This document shows positions 22,098-29,922 of a stretch of DNA of 32,205 nucleotides, piece after piece. The stretch comes from Mitosporidium daphniae (taxonomy: Eukaryota), in assembly GCF_000760515.2 (NCBI RefSeq), contig NW_013546290.1, positions 1-32,205 of the forward strand, read 5' to 3'. Position 1 is the stretch's first letter; each line of letters starts with the position of its first letter. Position numbers and translations under genes: made by a program. The notes beneath the pieces were generated by a model. The model was not told the DNA's origin and did no database searches. It worked only from the letters and a program-made list of their open reading frames with translations.

Positions 22098-23885
22098 TTA
22101 ATATAGACTTAGGAGGGTTGTGCAGATACGTACCCTATCAAAAGCATCCTCTGCAGGCTCGCCCGCAAAGGATGGGACAAAACAGAGCATCGAAATTGTC
22201 TCCAAGTGTGTACATAGAATGGGCCTGATATGTGCAGCGAATCTCTTAAAAAGCTCAAGTATTCTCAAAAGCTGACGAGACAGCTCAAGTTGAACATCTG
22301 GCACTTCAATGGGGATAAGGTTGTCTTTCTTGACGCGAACATCGGCCAGCTGGATATTCTGAATTTGGGAATGCAACGAGCAGAAATGGCGGGCCAGATC
22401 GTCGGATGAAGGAAACTCCTGATCACAATCCCCCCATTTGCATCTATTTCCACCGGCGTGGGTAGAAAAGAAATGGTCATCGATTCCGAAAAGAGAACTA
22501 TAGGTACAGTTATGCCATTGGCAAAAAATCGGCTTCAGGTTTTGAATGCAGTTGGGAAACACTTGGCGTATTAGAGGAATTAGGTCGGTAATGGAGAGGG
22601 CCGGCTCATTATTGTGCGGCAGCCAGGACAGATACTGGGAATATACGGATTTTAGCGAAATCGTAGCCTCTTTTTCGGTGGCATTGACTGCTTTATGTGA
22701 TTCATATGAAAGCGATAGGTATTTCAATGCCAGTTGAGATTGCGAAAGCTGAATCGAGCCCGATTGCGACGGCACCGTGTGAGAGCACTGCGACGCTTTG
22801 ACACATGGCACCACTGCGCACAAATACAAGTGCAATGTGGTATCAAATAAATGGCTTAAAAGAGCTTCTGAAAAGCCAGCTTCGTTTGCAGAATTTTCTA
22901 ATAACATCTGGATGAAAAACAGAGCCGTGATCCTTTCAATGGGGTTCTTGCTCGACGAGATAGCAATGTAAGAGGACCGCTCAAGCATCGATGCAATCTG
23001 CTGCTTGGAAAGCATGTTGCTTTTGATAAAATCGGGTTTGAAGCATCTTACCGCATATACCCAGGCTAGTTCTGACGAGTTCAAGATAATTGACGTCAGG
23101 CAGCTGATAAATGGCAAAGAGCTGTAAACTTTGGTACAAGACACCAGCTCCAACACAATTAGCGAAAGAGAGGCAAGTGGCTGAGGCGACAATCCAAGGG
23201 CTTCCCAGCATTGCAGTAATGGCCTAGAATCTTTCTCTACCAATGATGACACCAGCACGATGGACCGGTTTGCAAAGGATGACAAATAGGACACGTGCCC
23301 AGATCTCGCCAGATTGAGAAAGATAACCAAGATTTGGGTATATCTCAGCAAGGCCCACGAGCAAAAGCCTCTGATGGACGGTTCGGCCCGCATTGCAAAA
23401 TAATACGAAGATGGCGTGGAAAGCTCGCATATCAAGTCTTTCAAACCAGAAACAGCGGATTCCGGATTTTCAAGCAATACCCCGATCATCTTGAAAAAGG
23501 GAAACGCGTGATACGATATTCGAGAAACCAGCTCATCGGAAGGAAACGTCTGCTCGGACAGCAGCTTTTGGTACTCCTCCAGGATGAGCGTGTTTTTAAA
23601 TTGCGCAGATTGGATTGCAGATGTTGAAAGATTGCGCTTTTTTAGGTCGGATGGCTCAAATTTTTTTAGGTCTCCCAAAACAGATGTAATTAAAGATATC
23701 CTTCCTAGCGCCCAATTAATTTCGGTTGAAATGCCGCACTCAAGTGCACGTTTGAGCATGGCGCAGTTTGATTTGAAGAGGGCTAGCGGGCATTTTCGCA
23801 AAATTGTCTTCAAAGACGGGATCGATTTGGGGTTGGCCTTTCTAAATTCAACATCACCCTCCTGTGCAGCATTACAGACGAGCAT
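22098..23885 (-). CDS. Rsc9/ARID2-like SWI/SNF (RSC/PBAF) subunit with RFX-like winged helix and two C2H2 fingers
   Basis: ALECGISTEINWAL resembles the Rsc9/ARID2 L.SG...E..WAL motif; SVYSQY...LIPLIRQVFPN is RFX-like; fingers CQWHNC...H...H and CKWGDC...H...H. Intronless, 595 aa. Confidence 0.65.
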   Translation of the reverse strand: MLVCNAAQEGDVEFRKANPKSIPSLKTILRKCPLALFKSNCAMLKRALECGISTEINWALGRISLITSVLGDLKKFEPSDLKKRNLSTSAIQSAQFKNTLILEEYQKLLSEQTFPSDELVSRISYHAFPFFKMIGVLLENPESAVSGLKDLICELSTPSSYYFAMRAEPSIRGFCSWALLRYTQILVIFLNLARSGHVSYLSSFANRSIVLVSSLVEKDSRPLLQCWEALGLSPQPLASLSLIVLELVSCTKVYSSLPFISCLTSIILNSSELAWVYAVRCFKPDFIKSNMLSKQQIASMLERSSYIAISSSKNPIERITALFFIQMLLENSANEAGFSEALLSHLFDTTLHLYLCAVVPCVKASQCSHTVPSQSGSIQLSQSQLALKYLSLSYESHKAVNATEKEATISLKSVYSQYLSWLPHNNEPALSITDLIPLIRQVFPNCIQNLKPIFCQWHNCTYSSLFGIDDHFFSTHAGGNRCKWGDCDQEFPSSDDLARHFCSLHSQIQNIQLADVRVKKDNLIPIEVPDVQLELSRQLLRILELFKRFAAHIRPILCTHLETISMLCFVPSFAGEPAEDAFDRVRICTTLLSLY

Positions 23886-23942
23886 GTGAAATTCTTGGGT
23901 TGCACTGAATTTGATTAAATTTTAATCCTTTAAATTTTAATT
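23886..23942. promoter_or_regulatory. 57-bp bidirectional promoter with a direct repeat of TTAAATTTTAAT
   Basis: Divergent ATGs at 23885 (-) and 23943 (+); repeat copies at 23915-23926 and 23930-23941. Confidence 0.65.
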
Positions 23943-25088
23943 ATGGATTTTAGAGCCTTTATTCGTACCTCCCTATATCCGTTCAGGGGCGCCATATCGT
24001 CATTGTTTTTCTACCCGGGGGCAAAATCACACTCCAATCACAAATACAAATGCATTCGCAGCCATTCTTTTCTTAGATCATCTCCTGTTGAATGTCCAAT
24101 AAAATTTGCCTATTTCATCCCCGATTCTCAAACCTCGTCCTCGAAAGGGTCCTATGACGGTTCCTCATCATCCAAAGACGCCTTTCCGTTGAACGATAGA
24201 GATTGTGCACCAAGTGGGACCGTCTCCTCTTCAGAGAGCTCTAAATTATCATTTATCTATGGATCTAGTAGCTGGCCACATCACCATCCAGAAAAGGGCT
24301 TAGTTAAGCCGACCGAGCAATGCAATTCCTACGGGTCCGGAGATGATGCTTTCTTGGCAACAAGGAGCCTTTTGGCAGTTGCCGATGGCGTTGGGGGCTG
24401 GGCCGCCGTGCCGGGAGCAAATGCAGCCGCATACGCGCGGTCACTTTTGCATGCACTGTACCAATTTCTGATAAAAACGGACCTTTCCGCCATACCTTCA
24501 GCCGGCCCGGCCCAGCTTCTTTACGAGTCTGTTGACAAAGCCTGTTTGCAGGTTCGTCACATCCTCGGCTCTTCTACGCTGTCTTTTGCTCTTTTACTTC
24601 GAGAAGATCTTTTGTGTCTGTTCAATCTTGGAGATTCAGGTATCATTCTGATGCGAGAAGGAAAGTGTTTGTTCCGCTCGTCTCCCCAGTGTTACCAGTA
24701 TAACACTCCATACCAACTCGGACCTAAAAGCAAAACTCGGCCTTCAGATGGCATTGTAAAATTGATTGCGCCAAAGCCGGGCGATATCGTTCTGCTGGCA
24801 ACAGATGGGCTATTCGACAACATGGAAGAAGCAGAAATCGTCAACAGGCTTTCCCTGCTCTCCACGGACATATCCAGCGGGGCAATCCAAAAGAGCCAAA
24901 TTGGGTCTTCCCTGGCCGCCTCAAGTGCTCAGCTGCTATCCAAAGCGAGAATGTCGTTTTTAACATCTCCAGGCTTGAAAAACAGGCCTGCCGTATCAAC
25001 CCGGAGATTCCAATCAGGCAAGCCGGACGATATCATCATCTTGATTGGATTGATTGCCGATCAGTCCTTCACTGCCTCCTGTACATAA
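23943..25088 (+). CDS. PTC7: PTC7-type PP2C protein phosphatase
   Basis: GDDAF, AVADGVGGW, GSSTL, NLGDSG, YNTPYQL, ATDGLFDN, GKPDDI. Intronless. Confidence 0.92.
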   Translation: MDFRAFIRTSLYPFRGAISSLFFYPGAKSHSNHKYKCIRSHSFLRSSPVECPIKFAYFIPDSQTSSSKGSYDGSSSSKDAFPLNDRDCAPSGTVSSSESSKLSFIYGSSSWPHHHPEKGLVKPTEQCNSYGSGDDAFLATRSLLAVADGVGGWAAVPGANAAAYARSLLHALYQFLIKTDLSAIPSAGPAQLLYESVDKACLQVRHILGSSTLSFALLLREDLLCLFNLGDSGIILMREGKCLFRSSPQCYQYNTPYQLGPKSKTRPSDGIVKLIAPKPGDIVLLATDGLFDNMEEAEIVNRLSLLSTDISSGAIQKSQIGSSLAASSAQLLSKARMSFLTSPGLKNRPAVSTRRFQSGKPDDIIILIGLIADQSFTASCT

Positions 25089-25391
25089 ATAGTAAATTTA
25101 AAATTTCAAAATATTGGTGCGCATCCTACATTAGGACTTGTCGCGGCGAAGCCGATCGAGCGGCTCGTGATCGGGTCTCAAGGCAACCCTGGGAACGCTG
25201 GCGTGTTTGAACGGCCCAAAAAGGTCCAACATCACAGGGCTGCTCTGTTGGAAATCAAGTCAAACAATAACACCTATCCTATTGGTGCAATTGCAACTGA
25301 CTTAGTAAGCCTTTTTTTTTGGAAATTCCATTTGTATCACCTCGCCTCGCGCCGCCCATATATTCCTTCTTATTCGACAATCCTCTCTTCA

Positions 25392-26711
25392 ATGTTTCTG
25401 CAGACAGCAACGGCGAGAGATGAGCTTGAGTTCAGCCTGCTGGACACCCTTGCAGAGGTGACACTTGAAAGCATTACAACCGGACATGGTCCATCACATA
25501 GAACCGGAAACATTGGTCAAGAAAGCCTCTTTGCGCCCAATTTTGCTCATACCAAGGGCGAAAGGTTTGTTAACGTATCTGAACTTATTGGCTTAAGAAT
25601 ACCCGGTCTCATCTTGCCCTCTCCCGTTATTTTTTCTCAAAAGCGAGAAAATCTGGATTCTCAACTTACCTTGCCGGCCCGCGAGAAAATACCGCCTATG
25701 CAGCGAAACCGAAAACCATCTCCTTTGCGAACGATTCTTCCGAAATATTCGCCAAACACCGATCCTTCCGAACTCTATATTGCATCATCCAGGTCCAGCT
25801 CGATAGGGCCTCAAAGTACAACTGCTCTGTGGTTATTAAATGGCCCGTCGCCACAAACACACGCAGCACCGAGCCAGCCAAAAAGGAAGGGGTCTTTATG
25901 CATCACTCCTACGCATTCGAATACAACTATCGCGACGTCGCCATTATCATCGAGCCAGCCAGAAGAACCCACGCCTTTTTCTTGTATACAAACATTTCAT
26001 AGCTCGTTATCAACGGCCCTAACGGTCCCATCAAGGGCATTGCCCGAAATTCTGGCGTCAACAGCCACTCCAAACACCAGCTTGCAGCGTTCAAATGTAT
26101 TCCCACCGAAATCGACTGCCCCATCTGTTGGTAGCAACACAAAACTTCAAACCGCATCATTCCCTCTTATTCCGACTACAAAATCAAATACGATCAAAAA
26201 AAATACGGGATTCAAAAGAGGTAGGCTGGATGTGGTGTCCTATTCAGCCGGCGAGTTGTTTGACCCAAACGGAGCCTCAAAAGCAGCACCCTCGCACTGG
26301 TCCGATACAAAAGTTACGAGGAAAAACAAGTTTTATTTGAAAGACCTGTTTGAGCGACTGAGGGTGTCGCTTTCGTTGCCCTGCTCGCACAGGTATAAGA
26401 AATGTGATATACTCTCCAAAGCCATAGATAAGATTGAAAATTTGAAAGAAAAAAAGAAAAAGTTCATCAGATCAATCAAGACATTTTCCAAAAGCCTCTT
26501 CAAAGGCAAGGGCTCCTCAAAATCTAAAGGGCCATCTGAAAATCCAGCAGAACATCCGGCTTCTTCCGCTCCACAGGAAAATCTTTCAACCTCAAAGGCC
26601 CCTGGAAGCCCCAAATCGCCCACAACCTCTGGCGATTGTGTCGACAAAAAGAAGGGCATGGACACAAGCAGCACCGAGGACATACGCTTTTCATTTGAGC
26701 ACTTTATATAG
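25392..26711 (+). CDS. Ser/Pro/Thr-rich protein with a C-terminal divergent bHLH domain
   Basis: LKDLFERLRVSL...YKKCDILSKAIDKIENLK fits helix1-loop-helix2. First ATG at 25392; the frame is open from 25167, so the start is uncertain. Confidence 0.65.
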   Translation: MFLQTATARDELEFSLLDTLAEVTLESITTGHGPSHRTGNIGQESLFAPNFAHTKGERFVNVSELIGLRIPGLILPSPVIFSQKRENLDSQLTLPAREKIPPMQRNRKPSPLRTILPKYSPNTDPSELYIASSRSSSIGPQSTTALWLLNGPSPQTHAAPSQPKRKGSLCITPTHSNTTIATSPLSSSQPEEPTPFSCIQTFHSSLSTALTVPSRALPEILASTATPNTSLQRSNVFPPKSTAPSVGSNTKLQTASFPLIPTTKSNTIKKNTGFKRGRLDVVSYSAGELFDPNGASKAAPSHWSDTKVTRKNKFYLKDLFERLRVSLSLPCSHRYKKCDILSKAIDKIENLKEKKKKFIRSIKTFSKSLFKGKGSSKSKGPSENPAEHPASSAPQENLSTSKAPGSPKSPTTSGDCVDKKKGMDTSSTEDIRFSFEHFI

Positions 26712-26736
26712 TATTTTATTAAGAATAAATTATCGG

Positions 26737-28290
26737 TCATCGAGATCTTTTAAACCGGTCAAGAATGGGCATTCCGTGGATCGATGAAGATGCCTGTGCA
26801 TTCAAGGCCTCTTGCTGTTCAATCTTCTCCTTTATAAGCTGCTTTTTGGCATCAAGGACATTTTTCTGTTTGTTGAGATACTTGTTTACTCCCCTCTTTT
26901 TTCTAAACTCCCTCTTAGTGGCAAGCTGTTCTTCCGTAAGATCCCGATCGGCCGGGTTAATGCTAATGGTGCGATCTTTTCTAAGTTGGCCAATGGACTC
27001 CGTGTTGAGAGAGATCATATCAGGCTGGAGTTTCTCTAAAAGTTGCTTGATTTCTCCCTCTTGACGTTGCCGTTTATTTTCGAACGGATTTATCTCCATG
27101 CTATCAAAGTAGGCCTCTCCGGCTCCCGGGACCAATATACTATCAATGCCACTTGAATGGGACACACAAAGGACATCGTCGAATGGGCAAAATGTTGCCT
27201 TATGGACAGGAGATCCTTTAACGACATGCTTCATATATGGCTTGGATTGCTTTTCTTTCCAGCTATCCTTCCATATCTAGGAATGTTAAAAAACATCAAT
27301 TACCAGGACCGAGGATCCAAACGTTGCCGTAAGCAGCCCTGTCTGTGAGATTCCAAGACTTGTTGGGGAGAGCGGAGTTTTATATTCCTCAAGCAGCTTG
27401 TATGTTCTCAAATCCCATAGCTTAACCGTGGTATCTGCAGATGATGTAGCCATCACGGTTCCTCCTTGGTTGATGGCAATCGATGAGATCGGACCTTTCC
27501 CGCAAAGCATCTTGACAAGCGGTCCATTTGTAGATGGACACCAAAAGGTTACCGTTCCAGAAGCATGTCCAAGGTGCATAATTGCGCTACTTGGATTTTG
27601 TGTTAGCGCTTGAATGGGTCCTAATTTGGTAGGCCATTCTGCAGCTATTTTCCCGGTCGAAATGTCTTGATATCTGATAATTCCTGACCGGCTTCCGGAA
27701 ACAAGAAGTAAATGATAAGGCAAAAAATCAAGACACGTAGCATCGGTGTGTTCCTTCAGAGAATGAACTTCAACTCCACTCGAATTGTAAAGAAAAACCT
27801 GCTTCTTTTGTGCAGCAGCAAGCAAATTCTCATTATGAAGCCATCTGGGGTTAATGTTAAACACAAGCATACTTTATATCGTAAATCGGCTCTTCAACAT
27901 TGATCTCACATACCAGTTTTCCCTGCTTCCAATCAAAAGCTGCAATGTGTCCGGTCGACCCTCCTATGGCCAAATAACGGCCATTTCTAGTATAACTGGT
28001 AGAATAGGGGCCATCATTTAGGGCTAAATTAAATGCCTATGCTTAGAAGCAAAATTGGATACCTTATAAGATGCTGAGATGGGAACTTCTTGCTTAATCT
28101 CGTGTTGCGTAACTTTAATACTATCCTCAAAGGGTCCTTCTACTTGGATAAATCCAGCACGCGGTGGCTGAAGATATTCTTGAAGCTTTTTCTTGAGAAA
28201 AGTGGCCTCCGATAGCTGCTGCTGTGACCTTTTGAGGATACTCTTGACCTTTTTGTCTTTGACTTGGCGAATTTCCTTTGAAGAAAGCAT
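26737..28290 (-). CDS. UTP7: SSU processome WD40 protein Utp7/WDR46
   Basis: GPYSTSYTRNGRYL, WLHNENLLAAAQKK, FLPYHLLL, QNPSSAIMHLGH, FCPFDDVL, LVPGAGEAYFD, LLEKLQPDMISL. Introns 28037-28062, 27845-27872, 27277-27303. Confidence 0.95.
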
Positions 28291-28325
28291 TGAAATAAAA
28301 ATAAATCCTCAAAGTTTAAATTTTA
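28291..28325. promoter_or_regulatory. 35-bp bidirectional promoter between UTP7 and ATG5
   Basis: Divergent ATGs at 28290 (-) and 28326 (+); contains TTTAAATTTTA from 28315. Confidence 0.55.
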
Positions 28326-29318
28326 ATGACAAATAGCATCCCATTTGAACCTCCGAATTCCGTCCACTTTTCAATTCAATTTGACTTTTCCAGATTACAT
28401 TACATATACAGGGGGTCCGTTGTAGACATCCCTACTCTTTCGGTATATCTTTAAAAATTGACATTTAGCTTAGACAAATATCTCGCCGTGTTCTGTGGAT
28501 TGATTTATTTGGTGATATTTTACTTCACATCCAAAAAAATTGCTATAAGGGAAAAGAATTTCTCCTTTCTCAGTGCGATGTTGAGGAAAACCATTTCTCT
28601 ACAATCCGGGAGATCCATTTTAAACCTCAAAACCCATTGAAGCTCTGGGCTTTGACGGTCAACAGCAAAAGAGAGGATCGCCTGCTACTTGTCCCTTGGT
28701 AATATAACATGCTGTTGATAACCCCGTCTGATAGGCATCTAGAGACTTCCATTACATTTGGCATGCTTCAGATGAGCTCAATACTTCTTTACGTGGTCAA
28801 CACCAAATCAATGGACTCATTGCCCCCATCACTGACCGGGCAGTATATAAGTGCTTGTGAAGTTTATGGAAGAAATGTAAAATACAATCGTCTCAAACAG
28901 GTATGGCGCCATCGATTCCATATCGATTTAGTCTATTTTTCTTTTGACGGGAAATACAAAACCATTGGATTGCCTATCCTCAGATGAAGTGGATAGCATA
29001 TTGTACGACGAGGAGCTTTCTTTATTGAAACTAAACTCCCGTTCTATAAAAGCGATCCCAATCAGAATATACACCGAAAATGACAGTCTGTTCCATTGCC
29101 ATCAAACATTTGCTGCTGCTTCATCGTGTGAAATCGAAAATAGCACAGAAATTAGATGCGACTTAAACGATGATCATTTCGAAAAGATTTCTCGGTTTAT
29201 TAGAAGGCTTAAGGACATTGACTCCTTTGAACTATTGGGATTACTTGAAAAAGAAAGTGTTGAAGGGCTTTTCCTGACGTTTTTAGTGCAAGCTAATGGG
29301 GCGTTTTTAATAAACTAA
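28326..29318 (+). CDS. ATG5: Highly divergent autophagy protein Atg5
   Basis: Spliced product has LVPWHL, NRLKQSIFLLTGNTKPLDCLSSDE (compare recalled yeast WKQ.CFILNGSSKAIMSLS), KAIPIRIY and terminal EGLFLTFL. Introns 28443-28468, 28699-28734, 28901-28931. About 300 aa. Confidence 0.65.
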
Positions 29319-29902
29319 GCTAAATATCACTGCCGATTGATACCTGACGGGCAATCCGATTACTCTAACCCGACGAATTCTAGAGTCCTTCCCCTCCATG
29401 TAGTTTGAGTTGATTTGTATTGAAAGGACATGGGCAATAATGGGGCTAGCCAGTAAGAGAAATAAGAATGTCAAACCCTTCGGAATCGTCCTCCAGAGGA
29501 ATTATCATTTCTCCATTGGGATTGTCTAGCTCAATCAAATGGAGCTCCTGGCAATAAAAACTTCAAGCGCATACCTGCTGTTCATGACGCAGTAGACCTG
29601 CACGGATGCTGAGCTCAAAGGGCGTGTAGCTTTCATCTGCGGACATATCGGCATATATTTCAAGTCGCTTAGCTGGAAAGAAAGCTACTAGCTACCTTTA
29701 GCATACAAAGTTCCGGCAGGATTATCGTGATTTGGTGGGGTAGTGTTCCATCGGATCTAATATGAAAGGGGATCGTGAAATACTGCCAGAATGTATCTAT
29801 CGATTGGTCTTGGAGAAAGGCAACTTCATGGCCCAATTTATTGGACGATGAGAGCCACACGCATTGGGGGCCAATTTCAATAAATTGCGGTGGTAGCTCC
29901 AT
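29307..29902 (-). CDS. APC10: Anaphase-promoting complex subunit 10 (Doc1)
   Basis: EIGPQCVWLSSSNKLG, TFWQSDGTLPH (after splicing), DESYTP, NYMEGKDSRIR. Introns 29757-29783, 29668-29695, 29548-29574, 29446-29476. Exact 3' end may vary with one more small intron. Confidence 0.88.
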
Positions 29903-29922
29903 TTTTAAAAATTCTGCGCACC

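Noticed and set aside
29319..29408. Open frame after the ATG5 TAA suggesting a second readthrough case
   Set aside because: It is antisense to the conserved last APC10 exon, and the Atg5-like terminal strand is already complete before the stop.
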